Part shown: positions 10,723 through 20,488 of the stretch, in pieces
Position numbering within the stretch: position 1 is the first letter of the stretch
Layout: every line of letters starts with the position of its first letter
Origin: Deinococcales bacterium
GTDB lineage: Bacteria > Deinococcota > Deinococci > Deinococcales > JAAFIG01
Direction: 5' to 3'
Assembly (NCBI GenBank): GCA_031414595.1
Contig: JANNVX010000001.1
Location: 1-64,000, forward strand
Length of the DNA stretch: 64,000 nucleotides
The notes under the pieces: generated by a model
What the model saw: the letters and a program-made list of their open reading frames with translations, nothing else
Databases searched by the model: none
What the model was told of the DNA's origin: nothing
Translations under genes and position numbers: made by a program

Positions 10723-10740
10723 CTGACTAGAACTGGTCAG
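10723..10740. promoter_or_regulatory. Putative phd-vapC operator CTGACTAG-AA-CTGGTCAG
   Basis: 8-bp inverted repeat with one mismatch just upstream of the antitoxin RBS. Confidence 0.5.
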
Positions 10741-10792
10741 AGTATATACCCTAACGCTAAAAATCACCAAACAGCCATAAAAGGATTCTGGA

Positions 10793-11692
10793 TTAGAAAA
10801 AACCATCAGCATCCTCGAGAATTGCTTTTATCGAATGCGAGGCAATACCAGTCAGCACAGGATTGGTGTTCATATAGTACGGATATGCAAATGCTGCAAA
10901 ACGCAACGCCACACCAGCCGAACGCAGCCAAGTTGCATCGTCTAACTCGAGGGCATCCCGAAAAATACCTCGAGCGGGTTGGTCAAGTAGCATCCAAGCA
11001 CTGGCATAATCAAAAATTGGGTCGCCTACACCGAGCGCTCCAAAATCCAGTACGGCACTTAAACGCCCTTGATGACAAAGTAAATTCGCGCCGTGCAAAT
11101 CTCCATGTGACCAAACGGGCGTACCTTTCCACGCTGGGGCAAGAAGCACTTTTTGCCAAATCTGCTCGAGTACATCAGGTTGGAACTTTGCGGGTAACAA
11201 CGCTAAATTCTCACGCACACCTGCATCTTCATCCGCAAACGGTTTGCCTCGAGCGGGTGGCGGATTAGCTGGAATTGGAATGCGTTGTAATGCTTGAATC
11301 AAATTGACCAAATCCAACGCCAAGGCTTCTTGGTTCTCGAGTGGTGCGTTGAATAAATCCTGCCCCTCGAGCCAAGCGTAGATACCCCAAGGGAATGGAT
11401 AGGCTTCGGATGGCACTCCTCGAGTCAGCAGTTCTGGGATTTTTATAGGCAAATGCGGCGCGACAAAAGGCAACCATTTGATGTCCTTTTCGAGTGGTGC
11501 AACTGCCCAATCTATCCGAGGTAAACGCACAAGAAATGTATCCCCTAGCCGATACAAAACATTTTCTGTACCCCCTGCACTGAGTAGAAAAATCGGTAAG
11601 TCTACCCATTGTGGGAATTGAGTCTCGAGTAAGTGTTGTACCAAGTTTAGATTGATGTCTGCTTCGTCTGTGTGTAGTTTTTCTACTTGCAT
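10793..11692 (-). CDS. Aminoglycoside phosphotransferase (APH) family protein
   Basis: GTENVLYRLG, HGDLHGANLL, LDFG, GDP motifs. Confidence 0.88.
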   Translation of the reverse strand: MQVEKLHTDEADINLNLVQHLLETQFPQWVDLPIFLLSAGGTENVLYRLGDTFLVRLPRIDWAVAPLEKDIKWLPFVAPHLPIKIPELLTRGVPSEAYPFPWGIYAWLEGQDLFNAPLENQEALALDLVNLIQALQRIPIPANPPPARGKPFADEDAGVRENLALLPAKFQPDVLEQIWQKVLLAPAWKGTPVWSHGDLHGANLLCHQGRLSAVLDFGALGVGDPIFDYASAWMLLDQPARGIFRDALELDDATWLRSAGVALRFAAFAYPYYMNTNPVLTGIASHSIKAILEDADGFF

Positions 11693-11701
11693 TATTTTCC
11701 T

Positions 11702-12181
11702 TTACGCACGGAGTGGAAGCCAAAGCGAATTCTCATCGGGCAGGGCAAACCCTTGGTCTTTTAATGCCAATAAAATCTGTCCCCGATGATGCGCGTCGTG
11801 CATTGCCATGTGCATTAGAAACTGGGCTGGACTCGAGTGTGGCAAATTGCCTTTGCCAACTGCATTTTTGGCGGTCTCGAGAACTACGTTTTTGGTTTGG
11901 ATCATCACAGACTTTATTCGCTCCAAGTTCATTTCCGCGTCAAATTCACCTGTGTCCTCGTCGTAATTCGAGTACAAATCTGGTAATTTCTTCAACTCGC
12001 TTTCCTCGAGACGCATACCCCAGCCTTTGGTGCATTCGACCATGTGTGCAAGGTGCTGTGCCACAGTGTAGCCACCACCGGGCGTACCAGCTTCAAGCAT
12101 ATCTGGAGTCAGATGCTCGAGTAAAACCGCATTGACGGCGTTATTAGTGTTCCAAGCGAATTCGATTTCTGGACTAATCAT
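11702..12181 (-). CDS. DinB family protein
   Basis: QHLAHM...HDAHHRGQI. Confidence 0.85.
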   Translation of the reverse strand: MISPEIEFAWNTNNAVNAVLLEHLTPDMLEAGTPGGGYTVAQHLAHMVECTKGWGMRLEESELKKLPDLYSNYDEDTGEFDAEMNLERIKSVMIQTKNVVLETAKNAVGKGNLPHSSPAQFLMHMAMHDAHHRGQILLALKDQGFALPDENSLWLPLRA

Positions 12182-12257
12182 GCTAAACCTCTTTTTAATC
12201 TAAACAAGAATTTTTAATTGTTGAGTTGCGTGTGAACATATTAACGTTTTGGCTTGA

Positions 12258-13055
12258 TTAAGGCAAATCATCGGCTTGTTGTTTTATCTGCTCGAGAGCA
12301 AATTCAATGAATTCTAAAGTGCGTTTAACATCATCTGGCTCGGCAAGTTTCTTGTAATTCTCGCGTTGAATGGCGTGTTCTTGCCAAGCAATGGCAATTA
12401 AATCATGCCAACGAGCCTCGAGATTCTGGCAACCCCACAGTGCTGCCGAGCGCTTAGATTTGACTTGCGCTGTGGCTAATGTCTCGAGCATCCGACAGTA
12501 CGAAAGAACTACAGATTGCTGATACCAACGGGTGTCTATTTTGGTTGGAGACTCGAGAATTTCTGCTCCCCAGTTTTGCATGACTGCGCTAACCTCGAGT
12601 TTTAATTGATCGGCTACCACAGGTTCAATCAGGGGTTTGGCATCTGCGCCATCCAAAGAAATACCATACTCCCTTGTTGTGTACCGAGTCACCAATGTGT
12701 TGCAATGCGTGTCCAGAATCAGTTCGTGGCTGCCATTATCTAAGTACCAAAGTGGGATGCTGGTATCTGTTTCTTGCAGCACTTTTTGACTGATGTACGA
12801 CCCCTCGAGATGCTGCGCCCAAGCTGAAGGTAACGCATAAATTCTTTTGTGCATGGCTTGTAGTTCGGGCAGTAAATCCGTGGGTAATTCATCTTGTAGG
12901 ACAATTAGAAAGTCAACATCACTGTGCAAATCCCAATCGCCAAGCGCAAACGAACCTTGTAAGTAGGCTGCGATAAGCTCTGAGCCAAGAATCTGTTTGG
13001 CGCTTTGGATTAACTCGAGTAGAACATCGTTTAATTCGGGTACTAAAGTTTTCAT
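12258..13055 (-). CDS. Aminoglycoside adenylyltransferase-like nucleotidyltransferase (DUF4111 type)
   Basis: YLQGSFALG...SDVDF NTase motif; C-terminal VLSYCRML...SKRSAALW. Confidence 0.8.
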   Translation of the reverse strand: MKTLVPELNDVLLELIQSAKQILGSELIAAYLQGSFALGDWDLHSDVDFLIVLQDELPTDLLPELQAMHKRIYALPSAWAQHLEGSYISQKVLQETDTSIPLWYLDNGSHELILDTHCNTLVTRYTTREYGISLDGADAKPLIEPVVADQLKLEVSAVMQNWGAEILESPTKIDTRWYQQSVVLSYCRMLETLATAQVKSKRSAALWGCQNLEARWHDLIAIAWQEHAIQRENYKKLAEPDDVKRTLEFIEFALEQIKQQADDLP

Positions 13056-14278
13056 GATGCTTCCTTTTTTCCTGCTCGAGCGTACATGGGCAGAGTTAGC
13101 GTTAAAATCAGTGCGCCACTAAATAAGGCTAATCGCAGGTTTTTATTGCCCAGCCAACCAACCATTGGTCCGCCCGCAATTTGCCCAATCGCATCGGCTT
13201 GACCATTTAAGGACAGCACGGTTGCGCGGGTACTAGACTCGAGACGCTGATTAAGCCAAGCCGTTCCAAGTGGGGCTTGAACTTCGCGGCAAGCTCGAGC
13301 CAAGACAAAAGCCAGCATTGCCACCCAAAATCCGTTAGCAAAAGCAAAGACACTGATGCAGACAACAACGATACTCGAGCTAATAAGCAGTGTTCGCGTA
13401 ATTTCTTGAATTGAATTCATGTTGATGCGTTTTGCCCAGAGGGTAAATGGTAATGCCACCAAGTCCACACACAAATCCAGCAGCAAAAAAACCAGCAATT
13501 GTTGTTGTACAGAACTCAGAAAACCAAGCTCGAGTTGCGGTAAGCCAAAACGAATCAAATGCAGTTGCCAGAGCCGATCAAAGGATTCCGAAGCTGCTCC
13601 TGAAACAATGGTAACAAGAAACAATAAACGAATTGTTTTATTCCTAGTCGCAAACCCGATTGCCTCGAGCAAGGTTTTACGCATGGATTGCAAAGCATTT
13701 TCTCGAGTCACTGGTGTTGGTTTGAACTTGGTTTCGGGCATGGCAAACCACAAAAAAGCACTCAATGCCATAAAACCAATCCCGCCAACCACAATCGGGA
13801 TTTGCAAACTTGAATTTGCTAACAGCAAAGCACTAACAATAATTGCCAGACGGAGCGGAAAACGATACAGATTGACCCGAAGCATCAGTTGGTTCGCCTC
13901 GAGTTCACCAATTTCATCTGATAGCCACGCTTGGGTTGCCCCACTGGTAAAGGTGTAACCAATGCCCCACAGCACTTGAGCCGCTAAAACAGCGATAAAA
14001 GCTGGAATCAGACCCTCGAGTATAAAACCAAGCCCGACCAGTGCAAAACCAATCAGCACCGAGATTTTACGCGAAATCGTGTCTGCCACCACGCCTGTCG
14101 GAACTTCAAAGAGTAAAATCGCCAACTCAAGTGCCGTGCCAACCAGCACCAACTCGAGCGGCGAGAGTTTAATAATGGTTGCGTAATACAAAATGTTGGT
14201 ACTGAAAACCAGTCCAAACAAGAAACTCGAGCCGAGGGTCAGGATTAAAAAAACCAATTGTGGTGATAAGCGTTTCAA
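13052..14278 (-). CDS. MFS efflux transporter
   Basis: About 12 TM segments; FEVPTGVVADTISRK and FTSGA.QAW motifs. Confidence 0.9.
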   Translation of the reverse strand: MKRLSPQLVFLILTLGSSFLFGLVFSTNILYYATIIKLSPLELVLVGTALELAILLFEVPTGVVADTISRKISVLIGFALVGLGFILEGLIPAFIAVLAAQVLWGIGYTFTSGATQAWLSDEIGELEANQLMLRVNLYRFPLRLAIIVSALLLANSSLQIPIVVGGIGFMALSAFLWFAMPETKFKPTPVTRENALQSMRKTLLEAIGFATRNKTIRLLFLVTIVSGAASESFDRLWQLHLIRFGLPQLELGFLSSVQQQLLVFLLLDLCVDLVALPFTLWAKRINMNSIQEITRTLLISSSIVVVCISVFAFANGFWVAMLAFVLARACREVQAPLGTAWLNQRLESSTRATVLSLNGQADAIGQIAGGPMVGWLGNKNLRLALFSGALILTLTLPMYARAGKKEAS

Positions 14279-14314
14279 TATGTTTCTCCTTAATTAAAAG
14301 GGGTATGGTGAGTC

Positions 14315-14689
14315 ATGGCTGAAACTTTAGAACTCAAACTATCCGAACTCGAGAATTTGCAAGTCAGTAAGCGCTTAGTAGGTGGCAAAGAAATTTTGTT
14401 GTACCGAAGTGATAACACCGTCAGTGCCATCTCGAGCAAGTGTTCGCATTTGAATGTCGCATTGCCAGCCAAAGCCGTCAATGGGATCATTACCTGTGGT
14501 TTCCACGGCGCACAATTTGACGCTAAAACTGGGGCTTGTTTGGTCGGGGCGCTTGGCAAGGACTGGCAGAAATCCACACCATTGGGAATTGGGGCATTGG
14601 CGGCGGCACTGATTCCAAAGAAGAATTCGCCAGACCTCGAGCGGTTTACCGTCGAAATTATTGGTGAAAACATGCGTGTGACGGTCTGA
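14315..14689 (+). CDS. Rieske 2Fe-2S ferredoxin
   Basis: CSH...CGFHGAQFD. Confidence 0.85.
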   Translation: MAETLELKLSELENLQVSKRLVGGKEILLYRSDNTVSAISSKCSHLNVALPAKAVNGIITCGFHGAQFDAKTGACLVGALGKDWQKSTPLGIGALAAALIPKKNSPDLERFTVEIIGENMRVTV

Positions 14690-14690
14690 T

Positions 14691-15077
14691 TCATAACTGG
14701 ATTAGCCCAGCTTTGGTTGGTCTAAAACCACACTTTTGGTAAAACGGCTCGAGGTGGTCTTCAAAATCCGCATGAACCCATTCGCAACCGTGCTGTTTGG
14801 CAAATGCCACCGCTCGAGCCAACAGTTCTTGTCCAATGCCACGGCGTTTGTAATCCTCGTGAACTGAAGGGTCGAGCAAAAACGCATGAACCCCAGCATC
14901 ACCGATGAGTTTTACAAAACCTATCAGTCTCGAGCCATCAAAAGCACAAACGTAACACATCGTAGCCTCGAGTTCAGGTTGAAAATCTATGTTGGAAGGT
15001 TTACCCCATGCCGAAAAGAAAAGCTCATTCAGGGCGGTGTTCTCGAGCGGTGGACTGATTGCGTACTTTATGTTCAT
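14691..15077 (-). CDS. GNAT family acetyltransferase
   Basis: VHEDYKRRGIGQELL, FYQKCGF; ATG 15077 with AGGAG RBS. Confidence 0.88.
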   Translation of the reverse strand: MNIKYAISPPLENTALNELFFSAWGKPSNIDFQPELEATMCYVCAFDGSRLIGFVKLIGDAGVHAFLLDPSVHEDYKRRGIGQELLARAVAFAKQHGCEWVHADFEDHLEPFYQKCGFRPTKAGLIQL

Positions 15078-15110
15078 TTGTCTCCTTACAGAGTTTGCTA
15101 CACTGCTAAA

Positions 15111-15662
15111 ATGATTACCGAAAAGAGACTGAGTACAGAAGAATACTTTGAACTCGAGCAGCGTTCCGAAGTTCGTCATGAATTTGTGGATGGTGTGATG
15201 CACGCAATGGCTGGCGATAAGAAACAAAATAATCGGGTCGTCAGACGATTGGTACGGTTACTTGATGCTGCGGCTGATGCCAAAAACTGCGATGTGTTTT
15301 TTACGGTTGTCAAAATGCAAGTCCCCAATGGAAAATACCGTTATCCAGATGTGGTTGTGACCTGCGAAGAAGATGCCGATGAATACCTGATTAAAGCACC
15401 TTGTGCGGTTTTTGAAGTGCTTTCTGACAGCACAAGAGACGTGGACGAAAACGAAAAGCTCGAGGAGTACCTAAAAATTGCCAGTGTCCAGCGTTATGTG
15501 TTGCTGCGCCAAGATAGGGCTTTAGCGATGGTTTACTCGAGAGACAGGACTGAATGGCGTTTTTCTCTGCTCGAGAACACTGGCGAATTTGAGATTCCAT
15601 GCTTAGGCTTAACGCTTAGGCTCGAGGATATTTACACAGGAATTGTACCGCCAAGAATTTAA
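15111..15662 (+). CDS. Uma2 (DUF820) family endonuclease-like protein
   Basis: LSTEEYFELE...RHEFVDG, YPDVVVTC, EVLSDST, KLEEY; ATG 6 nt after TACACT. Confidence 0.88.
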   Translation: MITEKRLSTEEYFELEQRSEVRHEFVDGVMHAMAGDKKQNNRVVRRLVRLLDAAADAKNCDVFFTVVKMQVPNGKYRYPDVVVTCEEDADEYLIKAPCAVFEVLSDSTRDVDENEKLEEYLKIASVQRYVLLRQDRALAMVYSRDRTEWRFSLLENTGEFEIPCLGLTLRLEDIYTGIVPPRI

Positions 15663-16108
15663 GTGCTTTGAAGCAGCAATTGCCGAATTGCACCGAAATG
15701 ATAGGCAGTGTGGGTTAAAATCGCCACGCCATCAGATAATTTGAGGTTGTTATCCTCTAATTTCTCTAAATCTTTAACCAAGGCGCTATAAGCAATTTGC
15801 AAACCCTCCCGCAAAGCTCGCCACTCGAGTTGGGTTACACCATGCGTTTGCCAACTGGCATCCCAATCGGTTTTGGCTGTCGCGCCATTCATGTAGCCAT
15901 GCAGTGCCACCAGATAAACTCGAGTATGCTCGACATGAGCCGCAATGCTGCGCTGATTTTTAGACTCCACCGAGGCAGCTTCGGCACTGATGTTTTTTAG
16001 GGTCTCGAGCAATCCGCCTTTGGCACGGTCAAGATAAATGCCGCGTGGTTGTACAAAAGTTTCCTCGAGTATTTCTAGGATGTTGCTTTTTAGGGTTTCT
16101 TCAGACAT
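15659..16108 (-). CDS. DinB family protein
   Basis: SIAAHVEH...HTAYHFGAIRQ. Confidence 0.8.
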   Translation of the reverse strand: MSEETLKSNILEILEETFVQPRGIYLDRAKGGLLETLKNISAEAASVESKNQRSIAAHVEHTRVYLVALHGYMNGATAKTDWDASWQTHGVTQLEWRALREGLQIAYSALVKDLEKLEDNNLKLSDGVAILTHTAYHFGAIRQLLLQST

Positions 16109-16931
16109 GAATCTCCTTATCCAAAAAATCCATACGTTTCAATTCCTTAGAAACATACGCCAGTGCTGCTTGCTCGAGTGCTTCTGGGTACGTGGCATTC
16201 CAAGTTGTAGCGGCTTTTTTACCTGCTTTTTGCATCAGTGCCGCCAACTTAAAATGCGCCTGCACAATGCTTTGCGCCGAAAAGTTTGGTAAGTTCATGA
16301 TGTTCTCGAGTTGCTGTTGTTCGTTGCCCTCGAGTAATTCGTTATAGCGCTGGTCGCCAACATCACGCAGCCTGCCACGCCCCAAAGAAAACACCAAAAT
16401 CATCTGCACCATCATATGATGCAGCCGTTGCGAGGCAGACAGAATCTCGCCGCGTTCAATGCTTGGCAGTACCGAAAATAAGCTCCAGAAGTAACAAATT
16501 TCGACATACAGCGCTTTACGAATTTCTTCGGCGCTCGAGGGAACGGCTGGCACGGTTTTCAGGATGTGTTCACGGTCAAATAAAACTTGGCTTCGATGCT
16601 CGGTGATTTTTATATCGGCTATGGTGTCCAGCCAAGTCCCAATGGCAATGATGTCACCGTTTGGGTGCAGCAAAAGTGTACTAATCATGTTGCTGGCAAA
16701 TAACTCATGATGCTTGAGGACTGGATGAAGCTGTTGTAAAATCGCCTCGTAATTGGCTCGAAAATCATCCAAATCTTCTTGATCCAGTGCAATGTGTATA
16801 TCAATGTCAGAATGCCGGTCGCCTTGTCCACGCCCAAGGCTACCCTCGAGCCAGACTGCTTTGACTCGAGTATCGGTTTTTAGTAATGCCGTGATTTGAT
16901 TAGCAAACTCGAGTTGGATATTAGCGTTCAT
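16101..16931 (-). CDS. Nucleotidyltransferase-domain protein (aminoglycoside/lincosamide NTase-like)
   Basis: WLEGSLGRGQGDRHSDIDI. Confidence 0.78.
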   Translation of the reverse strand: MNANIQLEFANQITALLKTDTRVKAVWLEGSLGRGQGDRHSDIDIHIALDQEDLDDFRANYEAILQQLHPVLKHHELFASNMISTLLLHPNGDIIAIGTWLDTIADIKITEHRSQVLFDREHILKTVPAVPSSAEEIRKALYVEICYFWSLFSVLPSIERGEILSASQRLHHMMVQMILVFSLGRGRLRDVGDQRYNELLEGNEQQQLENIMNLPNFSAQSIVQAHFKLAALMQKAGKKAATTWNATYPEALEQAALAYVSKELKRMDFLDKEIHV

Positions 16932-17950
16932 AAAATATTCTCCATTTCCTCAGTCAGCATCGTGGTTTGCAGCGCTCGAGCTTTAGCTTGAATGATTTTT
17001 AGGGATGCTTGCCAATCTTTTTTAATACCAAAAGTGCTAAATGTTCGGCACAACCCTTGAATATCTCGCTCGAGAATCATTTTGGCGGTCGGTTGCTTAA
17101 TGCTGACCACTTGCGGAAAGTCTATGACCACACATTCACCTTGCCACCACAGCAAATTAAAGGTTGAAAAATCGCCGTGAACCCGTCCTGTACTTAAAAT
17201 TCTGGCGTACTGCTCGAGTGACTGGGCAAAGGCAATTTCAGCATCTTCTCGAGAAAGTCTGGCATCGGCTACGCGTTGCGCGACTTCGTTTTCATCGCCA
17301 ATGAATTCCATCAGAATCACGCTGGCTTCATGGGCTAGTGGCTTTGGCACTCGCACACCTGCGTTGTGCAGGGCGTGAAGTTGCTGAAATTCTTCTTGAA
17401 CCCATAAAAAATTCTGGGCAGAAATTCCGGTTTCGGAGCGTTGGTCTATTGCTTTTTGTAAGCGTTTATCGTCTATATTGCGCCCTTCGCGGTAGAGCGC
17501 ATCGTCCTTGAAACCACGCACCCTTGAATCCACATAGAGCTTGGCAGCCACCAGCCCTGTTTGCCCTTCGCAGACATAAACCGTGGCTTCTTTACCGCTT
17601 TTGAGTTGCCACAGCACTTCTTTGATTAGTCCGCGAATAAAAAGTTCCTCGAGTCCAGAATCAATGAATTTTTTGTCATCGTTCTTAAAGTCAATGTCCG
17701 AAGCCGCATGAAGTTGGGCTACCGTGCGCCGCCGAGCGGGTTTACCCTTACCGAGTTTACGCGAACGGTCTTGGAATTCTTCGATTTTATCTAAGTTCTC
17801 GAGGTCTTCCCACCACGGCTCGTCGGTGGTTTCGAGGTTTTCAGGCTCGGGCGCAGTTTCGGCTCGAGAGATTTTATTGATTTTGGTAAGTTCAAAAGTA
17901 TTTGGGACAGTATTTTCTGTCAGCGCAATCAGCGCAGCATGACGCGGCAT
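16928..17950 (-). CDS. RIO1 family atypical kinase/ATPase
   Basis: LKSGKEATVY, AAKLY, GVRVPKP, LMEFIG, VHGDFSTFNLL, IDFPQ. Confidence 0.9.
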   Translation of the reverse strand: MPRHAALIALTENTVPNTFELTKINKISRAETAPEPENLETTDEPWWEDLENLDKIEEFQDRSRKLGKGKPARRRTVAQLHAASDIDFKNDDKKFIDSGLEELFIRGLIKEVLWQLKSGKEATVYVCEGQTGLVAAKLYVDSRVRGFKDDALYREGRNIDDKRLQKAIDQRSETGISAQNFLWVQEEFQQLHALHNAGVRVPKPLAHEASVILMEFIGDENEVAQRVADARLSREDAEIAFAQSLEQYARILSTGRVHGDFSTFNLLWWQGECVVIDFPQVVSIKQPTAKMILERDIQGLCRTFSTFGIKKDWQASLKIIQAKARALQTTMLTEEMENIL

Positions 17951-18018
17951 CAGAGAACCACCAAATGGTGTTTAGGTTGACAGTACAAAGGTGATGCTGC
18001 AAAGAATTTGGGAATCAC
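17950..18018 (-). CDS. Putative 22-aa leader peptide MIPKFFAASPLYCQPKHHLVVL
   Basis: AGGAG 5 nt before GTG; its TGA overlaps the RIO ATG (TGATG). Confidence 0.4.
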   Translation of the reverse strand: MIPKFFAASPLYCQPKHHLVVL

Positions 18019-18106
18019 GGTTACTCCTAAAAGTAGGGAAAACAAAGCTATTACTGGTTCGAGACACGGTTCTCTCGAGTCGGACAATGGTTTGGTTGTG
18101 ATTCAT
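17972..18106 (-). CDS. Putative 44-aa leader peptide MNHNQTIVRLERTVSRTSNSFVFPTFRSNRDSQILCSITFVLST
   Basis: Perfect AGGAGG 8 nt upstream of the ATG; below the ORF-track cutoff. Confidence 0.45.
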   Translation of the reverse strand: MNHNQTIVRLERTVSRTSNSFVFPTFRSNRDSQILCSITFVLST

Positions 18107-18183
18107 ATACAGCACCTCCTTTGGCTTGAATGCAAAATCTTAGCACGTTTTTTTGCTTGGTGTGGCATCGGCTAAATGGCGTA

Positions 18184-19152
18184 TCAATTTTTAATGATTA
18201 ACTTACCCTTGGCATGACCTAAACCAAGGTAGGTGAGCGCTTCTGGCAACTCGAGCAACCCATATTCTTTTTCAATCACGGGCTTGACTGCACCCGTCTC
18301 GAGCAATTTTACAAGGTACTTTAAGTCGTCAGTGTTTGGTTTGACTAATAAATTCAAGAATTTTTGTTGCCCTGTCATACCCATTACCGAGCCTAAAAAC
18401 AACATTTGTAGGATGTTGCCGATTGCACCGCCAGCCATCACATAGCGCCCTTGGGGTTTTAGCAGTGGCTTGAACTCGAGGAACGAACGATAAGCCGCCA
18501 CATCAAAAATTAAGTCAAAACGCTGCGTAAGTTTGGTCGGGTCTTGTTTGCTGTAATCCAGCACATGGTCTGCCCCGATTTCGCGCACCATCTCGAGTTT
18601 AGTAGTGCTGCACACCGCCGTGACTTCTGCGCCGAGTGCTTTGGCAATCTGCACCGCATATGTTCCCACGCCACCCGAAGCACCGTTAATTAAAACCTTC
18701 TGCCCTGCGCTTAATAGCCCTAAGTCACGCAGTCCTTGCAGCGCAGTGGTGGCTGCATTTGGAATCGCAGCGACTTGTTCAAAACTTAAACTGCTTGGTT
18801 TATGCACCAGTGCCTTAGCGTCCACACACACAAATTCGGCAAATGCCCCAAATCCATACTCGGCAAGGTTGGCAAAGACTTCATCACCGATTTCAAAAGT
18901 TGTGACATTCTGACCAACAGCGCGGACAATACCCGCCATATCCGAGCCTAAAATAGTGTGTTTGGGCTTAAAAAATCCGTAAGCGGCGCGTACCAAAAAT
19001 GGTGTACCTGTCAGCAAATGGTAATCGCCAGAATTAACCGAAGCGGCTTTAATTTCAATCAATACCTGATGGTCTTTGGGGATAGGTTGCTCGAGTTCGC
19101 TCAGGGTTAAAACCGAAGGTGAACCGTATTGGGTGTAGGTCATGGCTTTCAT
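18184..19152 (-). CDS. NAD(P)-dependent alcohol dehydrogenase / quinone oxidoreductase (MDR family)
   Basis: YGSPSVL, VLINGASGGVGTYAVQIAK, GHAKGK. Confidence 0.9.
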   Translation of the reverse strand: MKAMTYTQYGSPSVLTLSELEQPIPKDHQVLIEIKAASVNSGDYHLLTGTPFLVRAAYGFFKPKHTILGSDMAGIVRAVGQNVTTFEIGDEVFANLAEYGFGAFAEFVCVDAKALVHKPSSLSFEQVAAIPNAATTALQGLRDLGLLSAGQKVLINGASGGVGTYAVQIAKALGAEVTAVCSTTKLEMVREIGADHVLDYSKQDPTKLTQRFDLIFDVAAYRSFLEFKPLLKPQGRYVMAGGAIGNILQMLFLGSVMGMTGQQKFLNLLVKPNTDDLKYLVKLLETGAVKPVIEKEYGLLELPEALTYLGLGHAKGKLIIKN

Positions 19153-19769
19153 GTTGTTGCTCCTTGCTTAAATCCTTTAACAAGTAACCAAATCGGGAAA
19201 ACAATTTCAAATAACGCACCGGGTAAGAACAGCACTTGGCTACTTGGCATACCAATCAACTCGAGAATGACGCTCAGGCTTAGAAAGCAATAGCCAAGTA
19301 TTCCAAGTACCGCCAACCAAACGGGTACAAGTTTTGTGGACAGTAACAAAAAACAAAGCATGAGGCTACCAACCCCTAAAAAAATCATGGCGGTGTTAAA
19401 ACTAAGGTCATGCGCGGCTCGAGCAGTAGCTAAGGCATTGGGTAAATCAAAGTGACTACCAAGTTGGGTAATCAGCAAAACAGCCATTGTACCAACCGAT
19501 AATAAAACGCTTTCGATCAACCGAAACCCTAAGTAAGCCGTCGCAATCACCAAACTATGCCGATGCAGAGCGCTAAAGAGCAGTACGCCAATTAAAAATA
19601 CCCCAATCGAATTGATGACCTCTAAAAACGCGCCAATAAAAACCTGATTTTTCATAGCTGTAAATGCAGTTGCCGAAGCTAGTGCAGACTCGAGTAAGCT
19701 GTTTGCCACCAGAAAACTGGTGGTGGTAACTAAAAATAAAACTGCTGCGATTCTAAGTTGAGTGTTCAT
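19149..19769 (-). CDS. DUF4386-like membrane protein
   Basis: Multi-TM; FRLIE...VPVWLAVLG...FEIVFPIWLLVKGF. Confidence 0.72.
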   Translation of the reverse strand: MNTQLRIAAVLFLVTTTSFLVANSLLESALASATAFTAMKNQVFIGAFLEVINSIGVFLIGVLLFSALHRHSLVIATAYLGFRLIESVLLSVGTMAVLLITQLGSHFDLPNALATARAAHDLSFNTAMIFLGVGSLMLCFLLLSTKLVPVWLAVLGILGYCFLSLSVILELIGMPSSQVLFLPGALFEIVFPIWLLVKGFKQGATT

Positions 19770-20488
19770 AAAAGTCCTTCTTTTGAAATGGTTCGAGTTT
19801 TTCTAAAACTTTGAATTAAAAGCCAGACACAAAGTGATAATTCGCCAACGGCAGCAAGTAATGCCACCAGCAGGACAAAAATATCTTTGTAGTCGTTGTA
19901 ATTAGGCAGCCCAAAACGGACAAAAGTATCGGCGGTATAGGCAATTCCAGCCAGTACCAATAAAAAACCAATGGCTCGAGGGACGTGGTTAGTGGTCAGA
20001 ATCAAATAGCCAAGGGTCAGTAAATGAAACCCAAAAAACAACAAACCAATCAGCCAGCCAAGCTGGAATGAGTCGTAAGACATCAGGGCTTGAACTTCTA
20101 TTTGTTGTGTCGTGAAGGCTGTATTTGTATTTTGTAAAATGAGTAGCATCTGATACAAGTGCAAAATTGCCACCGCAAAAATAGCCGTGTAGACCAAGCG
20201 AAAATAAGCTGCCAATAACGATAAATTGTCATTAAGTTGTTTCATGTACAGGTAGAGCGCCCATGTCACCAGCACATCGCAGACCAGAACAACAAAAAAA
20301 CCAATCATTCCAAAGCGAAAAAGTGTTGGATTCTCGAGAATCTTGGCAGCTGTTTTAGCGGCATCGGTCGGGATAATCAGTCCTTCGACAACAACAAAAT
20401 TAGAAAAAACAGCGGCAAAGAACATCAGCAGTAAGCCAAGTCCAGCGACTCGAGCCATGAGTGGTGATTGTGGTGATAATGAATTCAT
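19766..20488 (-). CDS. DUF4386-like membrane protein
   Basis: ARVAGLGLL...DAAKTA..I..NPTLFR...GELSLCVWLL. Confidence 0.78.
   Translation of the reverse strand: MNSLSPQSPLMARVAGLGLLLMFFAAVFSNFVVVEGLIIPTDAAKTAAKILENPTLFRFGMIGFFVVLVCDVLVTWALYLYMKQLNDNLSLLAAYFRLVYTAIFAVAILHLYQMLLILQNTNTAFTTQQIEVQALMSYDSFQLGWLIGLLFFGFHLLTLGYLILTTNHVPRAIGFLLVLAGIAYTADTFVRFGLPNYNDYKDIFVLLVALLAAVGELSLCVWLLIQSFRKTRTISKEGLL

Noticed and set aside
10678-11723. ORFs 10678..11268 (+) and 11265..11723 (-)
   Set aside because: Shadow frames overlapping the well-supported APH gene.
14290-14694. 134-aa minus-strand ORF
   Set aside because: Antisense to the Rieske gene, which has clear motifs.
10793-16931. Calling APH/NTase/GNAT genes proven antibiotic resistance genes
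   Set aside because: Only fold-level motifs are visible; substrates cannot be inferred from sequence alone.
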